A DNA stretch of 64,000 nucleotides from Eledone cirrhosa (GCA_964016885.1 OZ024754.1:4526001-4590000); one strand, 5' to 3'; shown: positions 1-12,065, numbered from the stretch's first letter. Numbers and translations are program-made. Notes: a model not told the origin generated them from the sequence alone.

Positions 1-217
1 TCCTCGAAGAAGATACAAAAAGATATAATATTAGGAAGCAAGAAACCAAGAAATAAAAATAAAGCTCAGTAGGAATGGTTGAGTAGTTAGTCCGCTTCAC
101 ATACTCTACCACCCCAAGTATTGAATACTATAATATAACCATACTCTACCACCCCAAGTTTTGAGTACTCTGTTGAGTAATGGGCTAACCAATTTCAAAC
201 GAAATGCATCCGGATTG

Positions 218-277
<60 letters not shown>

Positions 278-799
278 CATTAAGTGTGGTCGAACTCGAG
301 TCCGGGAACTATTATAGGCACCCGTTTACGTGTGTTGTATTGAAGCGAATAACTATGTGTATACTCTGGGAATGTATTCTACATTACCTATTGAGTACGC
401 TGAGATACAACCGGTCCTGGTATTGATAAATATGCTGGGTCCGTCAACTCCTTATTATATAAATTAACTGATATAAAAGATACAGAAGCGAAAACCAACC
501 AAACAGTGAATGTGTTCTGTTATTAATTCTGGCAATATTATTACAACAATATGACCCTCCCCATATATATATAAGGCTTCCTGATTATTTCTCCCGAATG
601 TTTGCTCTAATCTGTGATTAGAGAAAACATCACGGGCGCTCTATCTCAAAATTATTTTTGAAAAGCATTAGAAATACGCAACCGGTAAAAATTTTAAACT
701 AAAACTGAATACTAACCAATACTTATTACTAATTTTTACTTATTCCTAATTAAACTATTTTTCACTGGGAACAATTTGTCAGCATTTTCTTTCCTTTTA

Positions 800-835
<36 letters not shown>

Positions 836-838
<3 letters not shown>

Positions 839-1032
839 GGCGGCCAACCTGACTGCTAAACGTGTGGCCACCTTCTTGTCTCTGCCTTTTCAGCCCCATG
901 GATTATATTCCTTTGTTAAATTTCGAATACCTGATGATGTCACCGGATTCATACTGAAACCGGTCATTGAAATATTCATAGTATAATAAACCTTTAAGGA
1001 ATTACACCAGTCCAGCCTCCTGTTATTTTATA
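836..1032 (+). mobile_element. Short Penelope-like (pLTR-type) element between (TA)n tracts, with a degenerate hammerhead motif
   Basis: CTGATGA (931-937)...GAAA-CCGG-TC (956-965), then AATAAA; flanked by (TA)n on both sides; homologous copy at 41006-41288. Helices I and II pair poorly. Confidence 0.55.
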
Positions 1033-1067
1033 ATATATATAATATATATATATAATATATATATGAC

Positions 1068-1190
1068 GGCGCGTGGCTGAGTGGTGCGTCGCAATCGTGA
1101 AGTTGTGAGTTCGATTCCCGGACTATGCGATACGTTACTTCCTTGGGCAAGACACTTTATTTCATGTTGCTCCTTCTACCTGGAGTTGCG
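1068..1190 (+). mobile_element. tRNA-derived CORE-type SINE (family B), 5' part
   Basis: A-box-like TGGCTGAGTGG, B-box GAGTTCGATTCC, CORE-like CCTTGGGCAAGACACTT; homologous to 11020, 25430, 30403 and 35370. Confidence 0.8.
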
Positions 1191-1266
1191 ACAGCTAGAT
1201 CCGAACTCAGTTCGGATCTAGCTGTCGAAACGTTCCGAGCTCAGCCGTCAGGGTCCTGACTCTTAT

Positions 1267-1316
<50 letters not shown>

Positions 1317-1999
1317 ATAAGAGTTAGGGCTCAGTGCTATATATATATATATAGCACTGAGCCCTAAATTTCTGCTGGAGCTTTAATATATACATTGTGA
1401 CATATAGTGTTTTGACTAGATCGTCAGCCCCTCCGATTTCTTCGAGAGAAAAGGAGAAGACAGACGGGAAGAAAAGCTAGACATGTATATACATATATAT
1501 ATATGCGTGTGTGTGTGTGTGTGTGTGTGTGCGCCCTTGTATTAGTGTCCACGCGTGTAGATGTGTTGATGTCTCATGACTACGTTTAACATTGCCTCAT
1601 TTCTGTCCATCGCAGACAACGCCCACACACCATATCTAGTTACAACCGACAGAGACCCCTAGCGTTTCGGTTAAAACCTTTCGGGAGAAACAGCCAAAAT
1701 AACAACAATAATAATCACTACAGCAGGGAATAAGGGGGACACTGCAGAAGGTTGAGAGGGGCGGCGGGGGAAGAAAGGGGTAAAGGAAAAACATACAGAT
1801 GTGTGCTGTCTCAAACTTATATAGACACGTGTGTGTGTGTGTGTGTGTGTGTGGCGAGTTGGCAAAGTGAATTGTTAGTACGTTACCATAAATAACTCGG
1901 GTTATGTTACGGCTGTCTGAGTTCTGAGTTCAAATCTTATCAGGTGTTGCGTCCTCTAGATATAATGACCAATAAAAAGTTGTTTTCATCTGATCTAAA

Positions 2000-2067
2000 T
2001 ATCTATCTACCTATCTATCTATCTACCTATCTATCTATCTATCTCTCTCTCTATCTATCTCACTTTA

Positions 2068-2116
<49 letters not shown>

Positions 2117-2215
2117 CTCTGTACTTGTCCTACTGTTGATGCCCTGGTGGCAAATAAAAGAAACATATCTATCTATCTCTCTGTATCTCTCTATCTATCT
2201 ATCTATCTCACTTTA

Positions 2216-2256
<41 letters not shown>

Positions 2257-2263
2257 CTGTCTC
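2000..2263. repeat. (TATC)n/(TC)n microsatellite, target of two LINE insertions
   Basis: Direct reading of the sequence. Confidence 0.95.
2124..2165 (+). mobile_element. Extremely 5'-truncated (~42 bp) copy of the Tx1-like LINE 3' end
   Basis: CTTGTCCTACTGTTGATGCCCTGGTGGCAAATAAAAGAAACA matches the terminus of the long copy (3515-3556); flanked by direct repeat TATCTATCTATCTCTCTGTA (2104-2123, 2166-2185). Confidence 0.85.
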
Positions 2264-3292
2264 TACTACCGCCTGACCGTAGTGCCCTGCCCAAGGGAAA
2301 CCCTCACCAAGATGGAGCGCGCGCTCTTCCAATTCCTTTGGAAGAGGCGGGCTCCTATGGTGAGGAGATCCATCTGCTGTCAACACCCTTCGAAAGGAGG
2401 GCTGGGGATGCCGTGGCTAATGATGCGTAAACACGCATTAAGGCTACGGCACCTCTACGTATTCCTCACCGGACAACCGGTGTGGGCCTCGTTTGTGAGA
2501 CGAACCTTTCCCAGACTCGTCTCACTCACCGAGCTGCAATCCTGGGTCAAGCAAAGACCGAGAAAACTGGGCGCCTGGCACACTGAGTGTGCCCAGGCGC
2601 TCACCGCCCTCTGGCAGGCGGATCCGGTTATCAGTGGAGACTCCACCGCAACATTCTATAGAGGGCTGGTACGCAGCAGGTGCGACGACGCCCTCGGAGA
2701 AGCCCTAGACATGGAGGAGGACGAACTGGCCAGCCTGTTCGGTAGGACATTCAGCCCGGGACCTATGGACAACTTCCAGAAGTCCCTGGCCTGGCAGTGC
2801 TACCGAGGGGCTTTACCCGTTCGAGAAAGGCTCTACAGACACGGGCGCCCGGGTAGGGACCCCGCCAAAAAGATCTGTCCCAGATGCGTGTGCGACGAGG
2901 AAACCGTTGCACACGCATTGGTACACTGCTCGGGCGTAGCTGATCTGTGGGGCTATGTCGAACAACTGCTGTCAAGGGTGGGACCGATCCGGTTGACCAC
3001 CGAGTCTATTGTAATGATCAAGCCGCCTCCCCCCTTCAAAGATGAAGCAGAGGCGGTGTTTCTGTGCGTAATAGCCATGGCGAAAGAGGTTGTATGGTGG
3101 ACGCGTCTGAAAGGACTGAGGTCAGGCACCTTTCTCTCTGGCCAACAACTGGTCCGTTTCTTCCGATATCATTTCGGAAGAAGGATCAGGATGGAGAGAG
3201 AGGTGCTGCACCCCAGCCGTTTCTATGAAAGATGGGTGAAAGTGGCGAGAATGGCCCGTGTGAATGGGCCTTCACTCTACATCAGACTATAG
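2264..3292 (+). CDS. Tx1/L1 ORF2 C-terminal region with zf-RVT zinc finger (5'-truncated, no true start)
   Basis: Motifs FLW...SKGGLGMP, LAWQCYRGALPV and CPRC-x4-ETVAHALVHC typical of L1/Tx1 ORF2; the first ~39 aa of the tracked ORF are microsatellite. Confidence 0.88.
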   Translation, partial: YYRLTVVPCPRETLTKMERALFQFLWKRRAPMVRRSICCQHPSKGGLGMPWLMMRKHALRLRHLYVFLTGQPVWASFVRRTFPRLVSLTELQSWVKQRPRKLGAWHTECAQALTALWQADPVISGDSTATFYRGLVRSRCDDALGEALDMEEDELASLFGRTFSPGPMDNFQKSLAWQCYRGALPVRERLYRHGRPGRDPAKKICPRCVCDEETVAHALVHCSGVADLWGYVEQLLSRVGPIRLTTESIVMIKPPPPFKDEAEAVFLCVIAMAKEVVWWTRLKGLRSGTFLSGQQLVRFFRYHFGRRIRMEREVLHPSRFYERWVKVARMARVNGPSLYIRL

Positions 3293-3556
3293 GTGAGGAA
3301 GATGAAAGACCAAGGGAGCACCCCTTCTCTGTGCTCCTGAGGAGAAGGGTTGCACACTTTTTTCGGGGGTGTGTGCGACCCCCCAAGGCGCCTCCTCTCT
3401 ATTGAGGATTTTGTTAAAAATCTTATTTTTTGTTATATCTTATTTTATTTTTATATTTTGTTATTGCCTCCTCCTTATTGAGGACGCCTTTTTGTGTAAA
3501 CTCCCCCCTTTGTACTTGTCCCACTTTTGATGCCCTAGTGGCAAATAAAAGAAATA
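2264..3556 (+). mobile_element. 5'-truncated Tx1/L1-clade non-LTR retrotransposon (ORF2 C-terminus plus 3' UTR)
   Basis: GC-rich island in AT-rich context; open frame to TAG at 3292; 3' UTR ending GCAAATAAAAGAAA; direct repeat TATCTATCTATCTCTGTCTC at 2244-2263 and 3557-3576. Confidence 0.92.
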
Positions 3557-3624
3557 TATCTATCTATCTCTGTCTCAATCGCTCTCTCTCTCTCTCTACC
3601 TGTCTGACTGACTGTCTGTCCATA

Positions 3625-3689
<65 letters not shown>

Positions 3690-4235
3690 ATGTCTGTGTG
3701 TAAATTTACATTAAAACAATATATTTTGATATATTTGTAGAGAGTCATGTTGTCCTAATATTGCCAAAAATAGTAAAACACACTCACTGTTTGATGTTAT
3801 AGAAAACTTGTAAATCAACAAAAGTGTGTTTAACCCTTTAGTATTTACATTACTCTATAAATATTATTGTATTTTCGTGGTAAAGGCTTTATTTCACATA
3901 ATATCTAACATAATATTGAATCTATGAGGTTTTGATATTATCTATTTTGAGAACAATACCTTAACATCAATATGAGTGGCCAGTTATGACCGGTTTGAAC
4001 AGAAACAGGTTTAAATGCTAAAGGGTTAAACGGAATGTTGTCTTGTAGTACGAATACATTTCTTTTCAGTTGTCTCAAATATATTCTGCTAAAGCTCATA
4101 ATAAAAAAATAACTGAACATGTGACCAAATAACTATCAACATGTCTAAATCTGGTTAAGTTTTGATAAAGAATCAATATCAAACTAAACAGAAAATCTTT
4201 ATAGAGGTCGCACCTATTGATTAGCATTCAAATAT

Positions 4236-4572
4236 AATTGTTTCTAATTTTTGTCACAAGGCCAGCAATTACCTCAGTGCATTACTGGTACTTTATTTTA
4301 TCGACCCCCGTAAGGATGAAAGGCAAAGTTAACCTCGGCGGGATTTGAACTCAGAATGGCAAGGGCCGTAACTCTATGCGTTAAAACATGGCGTCCGACC
4401 CTCTACCGACACTGCAAATCCACCACCCTTGGCATTCTAATATAATGGTTTCTGATTTAGGCACAAAGCCAAAAAGTTTGGGGTAGGTGAAAGTCGATTA
4501 GATTAGCCCAGTGTGATACTGGTACTATATTTTATCGACCAGGTAAGGATGAAAGGCAAAACTAACCTTGGC
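4236..4572 (-). mobile_element. Two adjacent octopus-type tRNA-derived SINEs (family A): 4236-4428 and partial long-tail variant 4444-4572
   Basis: Reverse complement of GGTGGATTGGCAGTATCGGTAGAG...GAGTTCAAATCCCGCCGAGGTTAACTTTGCCTTTCATCCTTACGGGGTCGATAAAATAAAGTACCAG...GGCCTTGTGCCAAAAGTAGAAAC; more than 20 copies in the window. Confidence 0.9.
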
Positions 4573-4972
4573 ATCCCGATATATCAACACAAATATAAGC
4601 TAGCCTAGATGAGATATAATTAAATTGTTTTTTCATATTAAGAAAAATAAATAACAGTTGTATCTTTGTTTCATAACATAATCCATACATGTGTAATATA
4701 GAGAACTTATGTTACTACATACTGACGATGTATCTTGGAACATGACAACGAGGTAATCAGAACGGGATGTAATAGCTCGCACATGTGATGATGATGTGTG
4801 TGGGATGCTGCAATTATGGTAGCGTGGAAAAATTTCAAATATATATGAATGCATCTTGGATGAGTGTGTATACATAAATATATATATGTATACATATATA
4901 TATATATATATATATATAACTCAGATAACATTTTCTTTATTCAACCATGTAGAGCGATAAACTATTCGTCAG

Positions 4973-5012
<40 letters not shown>

Positions 5013-5111
5013 GCGTGTGAAGACTAAAATCCAAAGAGGGCTCGATAAGGATAAATATATATCAAATATATAAGAACCCTAGAGCAAATATTTATTAAAA
5101 TAACAGATTAA

Positions 5112-5162
5112 AGTTTTAGCAAAGAATCGCTGCTTTCACCCTTAACAGGATCTTCTGAAACT
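5112..5162 (-). ncRNA. Type I hammerhead-like fold with variant core CAGAAGA
   Basis: Minus strand: AGTTT-CAGAAGA-TCCTGTTAAGGGT-GAAA-GCA(gcgattctt)TGC-TA-AAACT; second copy at 46069-46119. Confidence 0.55.
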
Positions 5163-5244
5163 CAGCTATATATATAGGGAGAGAGGAAAAGAAATGTGAC
5201 TGAAGCTATCTTGTATTAGTCCTTTTTCTCTCCTTCCTTTTTCT

Positions 5245-5358
5245 CAAATCTACAGTATCAGAGCCACGGAACTTTGTTGAGGAAACCCCGACTATATCTA
5301 CCAGGTAGCATCTAGCCTCCTCAACTAGTTCCTGCTCCCTACATGTAGTGTTGTTAAA
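5245..5358 (-). pseudogene. RTE-clade (Rex3/Expander-like) AP-endonuclease N-terminal fragment
   Basis: REQELVEEARCYLVDIVGVSSTKFRGSDTVDL resembles the recalled RTE motif KEPELVREVERYRLDIVGLTST..GSGT. Confidence 0.7.
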
Positions 5359-5582
5359 GATGTTGATAAAATTAATTGGGTTATAGAACATATACACTAA
5401 ACCATATTCCATCCTCCACCTGTATTAATTGTCCCATAAGGTGTAATTCCGCTCTCTTGGAGAAGTATAACATCATTTTACAGTATTTTCAGTGATGAAC
5501 AAATGATCGCTCTCCCTGAATTGTAGCCAACACTTTTCATCTTTATTTACTGATGAATTTTCAACTACCAACTGGCTAGGAT

Positions 5583-6272
5583 GAGTTACGGCCCTTGCCA
5601 TTCTGAGTTCAAATCCTGCCGAGGTTAACTTTGCCTTTCATCCTTACGGGATCGATAAAATAAAGTACCAGTAATGCACTGGGTAATTGCTGGCCTTGTG
5701 CCAAAAGTAGAAACAATTATTATTTGGTTTGGCAGTATCGGTAGAGCGTCAGACACCATTCTTTGCAGCATAGGAGTCATGGCCCTTAACTTTCTCAGTT
5801 CAAATTCCGCCGAGGTTAACTTTGCCTTTCATCCTTACGGGATCGATAAAATAAAGTACCAGTAATGCACTGGGTAATTGCTGGCCTTGTGCCAAAAGTA
5901 GAAACAATTATTATTTGGTTTGGCAGTATCGGTAGAGCGTCAGACACCATTCTTTGCAGCATAGGAGTCATGGCCCTTAACTTTCTCAGTTCAAATTCCG
6001 CCGAGGTTAACTTTGCCTTTCATCTTTACGGTGTCGATAAAATAAAGTACCAGTAATACACTGGGAGAATTGCTGACCTTGTGTCAAAAGTAGAAACAAT
6101 TATTACAATTATTACTACTATTATTATTATTATTATATATATTCCGCCGAGGTTAACTTTACATTTCATCCTTACGGAGTCAATAAAATAAAGTACCAGT
6201 AATGCACTGGATTGATTTAATCGACTTTCCCTTCCTCAAAATTGCTGGCCTTGTGCCTATATAAGAAACCAT
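5583..6272 (+). mobile_element. Head-to-tail cluster of family A SINEs with 191-bp period
   Basis: Near-identical units offset by 191 bp (5674 vs 5865), plus a partial fourth copy with the long tail (6140-6272). Confidence 0.9.
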
Positions 6273-7107
6273 TATTATTACTATTATTATTGTTGTTCGG
6301 AGCTTCTTTAGTTTCCCTCATATTTTTCCTCCTCCAATTTTCATCTCTTTTCCAAGGAATTCCCATTTTATAGCAATATTTTGCCATTATTTTCCATTCT
6401 TACGTTCTAGAGCTTCTTCTGTTTTTATCTTCTTCTTCCTCCCCTTCATTTCTTCTTTTCTTCTTTTTCTTTTTTCTTTTTCTTTTTCTTCTTAAAATTC
6501 TTCCTTTTTCTTCCTTTTCTTCCTTTTCTTCCTTTTCTTCCTTTTCTTCCTTTTCTTCCTTTTCTTCTTTTTCTTCTTTTTACTTTTTCTTCATCTTCAT
6601 TTTCTTTCTTTCTTTTTCTTTTTTCTTTTTCTTTTTCTTTTTTTTTCTTTTTCTTTTTCTTTTTTCTTAATTTTCTTTTTTTACTTTTCTTTTTTCTTTT
6701 TTCTTTTATTTTTTTTTTCCTTTCATTTATCTTTTTTAAATTCCTTCCCACTTCCACTGCAACTCTTCCAACCATTTTAAAAATCTTCTTCCAGCCTACT
6801 CCCACTACTCCTCATACCTTCACTTTCCCCGTCCCCTTCCTCTTCCAACCATTTTTTCATCTTCTATTATGCCATTATTTATATATTTCCTTCCTTCCAT
6901 GTCATTGTTTTTATTCTTCTCCAATTTTCCTTCATGTATCTCTTCAATCCTTGTCCTTGTCTCCTTCCCCTCCCGTGCTCCTCTCTCTATCTCTTTCACC
7001 CTCTCTCTCTCTCTCTCTCTGCCTCTCTCTCTCTCTCTCATTTATGCCCTGCCATCAACTTTGTCAACTACTTCATATCGCCACACATACACATTTACAT
7101 ACACATT

Positions 7108-7153
<46 letters not shown>

Positions 7154-7154
7154 A

Positions 7155-7205
<51 letters not shown>

Positions 7206-7500
7206 TATACAAAGAGACAGAACAACGCCACACCAGGCGATTTTGTCCATGACGTCACAGAAATTTCTCCATCCGGGTCTCATGACAGCCACCCTCTCCC
7301 TCACACTAGCTCTTTCTCCTACTCTAAGAAATATATACTATATAAAAGAAAGCTAACTTTACATAAATATATACATGCCCTGTAATACTCTCTTCTAGTT
7401 CCCCTTTCGTGGGTTACCACCTCCCATTCTCAAGAGAGGCACATAATTCCTAATGATTTTTCAATTATTATTATTATTATTACTATTATTATTATTATTA

Positions 7501-7546
<46 letters not shown>

Positions 7547-8013
7547 ACATTTTACTTTAATATTTTTTTTTCTTTTATATTTTATATTTTATATTTTATT
7601 ATTTTCTGTTCTTTAAAGTTTGTAGACAGAAGTATAATGTACGTATGTGTTTATGTATGCTTTCTTACATGCATGTCTGTACGTGTGTATATATATATAT
7701 GTACATAGTGTGTGTGTGTGTGTGTGCGTGTGCGTGTATGTATATGTATGTATATATATGTACATAGTGTGTGTGTGTGTATGTATATGTATGTTTGTGT
7801 GTGTGTGTGTGTATATGTATGTATGTATATATATGTACATATATGTGTGTGTGTGTGTGTACAATCACATATATACATATGTATATATATATATGTGTAT
7901 GTGTGTGTATATTTATATATATGTATATATATATATGGGGGAGAGAGATAGAGAGCGAACGACTGGGTGTGAGATGTGCCTATGTATCTATATGCATATA
8001 GATATATAATTAC

Positions 8014-8046
<33 letters not shown>

Positions 8047-8358
8047 CATACATATACATACATATATGCATGCATATAAGTCACATGCACGCTGATTGCA
8101 TGTACTCTTACCCACACACATGTGAATACCCTCAGCAGTCTGTCACATAGATTAGCCCACACATGACCAGATATTTAACATAACACTCATACACACACAC
8201 ACACACACACACACACTCACCATTATAGAGACCTATGTACACATGTAGGCACTCGGCCAGGCTCTATGTATATATATATATATATATGTGTGTGTGCATG
8301 TATATGTATGTATGTATATATATGTACATAGTCTGTGTGTGTATGTATATGTACATAG

Positions 8359-8391
<33 letters not shown>

Positions 8392-8553
8392 ATATATGTA
8401 CATAGTGTGTGTATGTATGTATATATATGTACATATGTGTATGTATGTATATATATGTACATATGTGTGTGTATATATATATGTACATATGTGTGTGTGT
8501 ATATATATATATATATGTGTACATATGTGTGTGTATATATATATATGTACATA

Positions 8554-8597
<44 letters not shown>

Positions 8598-8719
8598 TAT
8601 GTGTGTGTGTGTATATATATATTGTATATATATATATAGAGAGAGAGATAGAGAGAGGGGGGTTACACACACATAGTAGACACGAAGACGGAGAAGTACA
8701 CACACACACACATATAGGA

Positions 8720-8750
<31 letters not shown>

Positions 8751-8994
8751 CCGGCATATACGTGGTTTTAAATACACATGCACGTCGTCATATACACCAA
8801 ATAAGACATATACGCATGTGACATACATACATACATACATGCATACATACATACATACATACATATATGCATATATACATACATACATACATACATACAT
8901 ACATGGGTATAGCCAGGCAAAGTGATGTCTATATGTTCATGTATTGATATTTAATAAAGCCTCAGACTTACCAACACATACTTATATAATCAAA

Positions 8995-9370
8995 CACTCA
9001 CAACAACATGCTCAGTCACACAACAATGTACTCAACCACACAACAATGTACTCAACCACACATGCTCAGCCCCGCAACAACATGCTCAGCCACGCAAAAA
9101 CATGCTCATCTACACAATAGCGTACTCAGCCACACAACAGCGTACTCAGCCACACAACAACGTACTCAGCCACACAACAACGTACTCAACCACACATGCT
9201 CAACCACACAACAACATGCTCAGCCACACAACAGCGTACTCAGCCACACAACAACGTACTCAGCCACACAACAACGTACTCGGCCACACAACAACGTACT
9301 CAGCCACACAACAACGTACTCAGCCACACAACAACGTACTCAGCCACACAACAACGTACTCAGCCACACA
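8995..9370. repeat. 20-bp minisatellite CAGCCACACAACAACGTACT
   Basis: Direct reading; degenerate at the left end. Confidence 0.9.
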
Positions 9371-10002
9371 ATCATGCACAAGCTCTCACTCACTCACACG
9401 CACGCACACACACACACACACACGCGTGGACACATACTACAATACCCAACCAATACATACCAACACACACAAACACACACACAACCTCCTAACTCATATA
9501 TGACCACCACACACACACACGCCACCACACACACATATACTTACACAACCACACACACACACCGCCACCACCACCACACACACACACCACCACACACACA
9601 CAGGCAACCAGACACACACACATAGTATATGTCCCACCATATGTTCAAAGTGAACATTCCCCTTACATAACTCCATCAGCCGTCGGCCAATGTTAAGACA
9701 ACCGACTACATTCGCACATTTCTAGATATGGAATAAAAAAAAAACACCAACAACAATTAAAACTATCTCACTCCCCCTCTCTATAACTCTCTTCTTCCTT
9801 CCTCTTTCTAGCTCTCCCTCTTTCTAACTCTCTTCCTCCTCTCTCTCTAACTCTTCCTCTCTCTCTCTAACTCTCCGTTTCCTCACCCTCTCTTCTCCCC
9901 CTCTCCAACTCCCCATATCCCCCTCTTCCTCTCCCCATATCCCCCTCTTCCTCTCCTCCTCCTCTCAAACTCTCCCTCTAACTCTCCTGTCCCTCTCTTT
10001 AA

Positions 10003-10035
<33 letters not shown>

Positions 10036-10669
10036 TCTCTAACTCCTGTCCCTCTCTTTAACTCTCCATCTCTCTCCCTCTCTAACTCTCTCTCTCTTTA
10101 ACTCCCCATCACTCTCTCTCTAACTCCCCATCACTCTCCATCACTCTCTCTTTCCAGCTTTCCATCACTCTCTCTTTCCAACTCTCCATCACTCTCTCTT
10201 TCCAACTCTCCATCACTCTCTCTTTCTAACTCTCCATCCTCTCTCTCTAACTCTCCATCACTATCTACCTACTTCTTCTCCCCCTTTCTCCCACTTATAT
10301 TGTCTCTTCTCTAACCTGAGCTCTCTTTTTTACATTCTTCAGAGACGTGCACCTTTTATAACCTTGTCTGTCTGTCTGTATGTCTACTTCTTCAGCATCA
10401 TCAACATCCTCCTCATCCTCATCATCCTCCTCCTCCTTCTCCTCCGCATCCTCCTCATCGTCCTTCTTGTATTCTCTCCAGTCCCTCTTTTATAGGTAAT
10501 ATTACAAATGACCCCTCACCATCTAAAGGTGGGGTTTTGCTGTATAGTATCACTGAGACACCAGCTAAATAAAGTTTCAACGGACCCCCCCCCCCCCCTC
10601 CTTCCTGATTGAACATTCACCAACGACGTGTTAGTTAGATCGTGTTCCCTTACGGGTAAAGGCGTCAAG

Positions 10670-10900
10670 ATCCCTTTTCTACACTTCGTTGTCCTTGATA
10701 GATTCCAGGCCAATATCTTGCTTTAGGTTTTCAATGGATTTGATATGACATCCGCCAGTAATTTCCACCTCTGTACCGTGATTCCCAAGGGACCGGGTTT
10801 GACAATTCTCCTCTAGATTTCCTGCACAATTTGCTGTAAGTCACATTCAATATTATCTGATCTTCTCACTGTTCAAAGTTGTCCATACAAGCATTCGTTT
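10670..10900 (-). pseudogene. Degenerate RTE-like LINE C-terminal fragment
   Basis: Minus strand ITVQRWKLLADVI...KILAWNLSRTTKCRKG resembles RTE I..RRW.W.GHV.R...AL.W.P.GKR.RGRP; contains an in-frame stop. Confidence 0.4.
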
Positions 10901-11019
10901 TAGTACGTCACTATGGCCAAAAGAACTGGAGGCGGAACTTAATGCATCCTACCCAATCAAGAGCGCTGATAACGTAAACAGAAAGAGATGTTTCTATTCC
11001 AGTCATGGCCGTTACACCA

Positions 11020-11180
11020 GGCGCATGGCTTAATGGTTAGAGCATTGGGCTTGCAATTGAAAGGTTGTGAGTTCGATTCTCGGACCGGGTGATGTGTTGT
11101 GTTGTGTCGTTGAGCAAGACACTTTATTTCATGTTGCTCCAGTTTACTCAGCTGTAGAAATGAGTTGCGATCCTGCCAAA
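11020..11180 (+). mobile_element. CORE-type SINE (family B)
   Basis: TGGCTTAATGG, GAGTTCGATTC, TTGAGCAAGACACTTTATTTCATGTTGCTCC. Confidence 0.8.
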
Positions 11181-11214
11181 TCAATGGGTGACAGTAGTTC
11201 CAGCTGCACGCATC

Positions 11215-11445
11215 GAAAGACTGGTGTAGTGGTTCTGAGAAGACAGTTGCTTTGTCAATTTGTATTGATCATCTGCAATGAAAAGGTGCTCTCGCTCGAG
11301 TTAGAAGAGAACTATTGACCTTCAGGAGAAGCAGCGACCCCTGATTTTACTCAGCAACCGAAACAAATATGAAGTACACCAAATCCAATGCACCTAGGAG
11401 CGGCATGGTTCTTCTTATTTGTGAGTGTAAAATCGGCCTGATTTG
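11215..11445 (+). repeat. Unclassified ~230-bp interspersed repeat (copy 1)
   Basis: Homologous to 28455-28690 (shared CGCTCGAGTTAGAAGAGAACTATT..CCTTCAGGAGAAGCAGCGACCCCTGATT..CAGCAACCGAAACAAATATGAAGTACACC). Confidence 0.8.
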
Positions 11446-11847
11446 ATTAGATATACCACATCAACATTTTAATTCAAGACAACAATAGCAACTATAGCAG
11501 GGAGGGTTATCTCCCTTGCCGTTTGTGACGCAGGAGCCTGGTGGTATTGCTCTGTCGCCTGCTGTGGTTTGTCGCCATGATCCTTTTTCCCCCCACTGCT
11601 CCTCTATCAGAAAATAGACATCGTATTGGTTCCATTTGGTGATCGGGGTGAAATCTCCTTCAAGGTGACAATTCTAACATAGATGTCTGTTGACTTGACC
11701 AGCAAAGTAGAATACTACTACTACTGCTACTACTACTACTACTACTACTAATACTGCTACTACTGCTATTACTACTATTACTACTATTACTACTATTACT
11801 ACTACTACTACTACTGCTACTACTACTACTACTACTACTACTACTGA

Positions 11848-12065
11848 TGGTTTCTGATTTAAGCACAAGGCCAACAATTTTGGTGGCAGGTGAAAGTGAA
11901 TTGTATCAACGCCAGTGTATTACTGGTACTTTATTTTATTGAACTCCAGAAGGCAGAAGGGCCAACTTGACCTCCAGAAGGCAGAAGGGCCAACTTGACC
12001 TTGATGTGATTTGATATCAGAATGTAAAGAACCGAAACAATAAAAACTGCAACATTTCTGCCAAT
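11848..12065 (-). mobile_element. Diverged family A SINE with an internal ~29-bp tandem duplication
   Basis: SINE tail and body motifs; CTCCAGAAGGCAGAAGGGCCAACTTGAC occurs twice. Confidence 0.7.

Noticed and set aside
1397-1700. Further hammerhead-like remnants (minus ~1397-1432 and ~1656-1690; plus ~4715-4775 and ~44760-44800)
   Set aside because: Core nucleotides are missing or helix I is absent; possibly decayed Penelope-like ends but not supportable individually.
6446-7041. Lys/Arg/Glu-rich ORFs
   Set aside because: Polypyrimidine/polypurine low-complexity tract.
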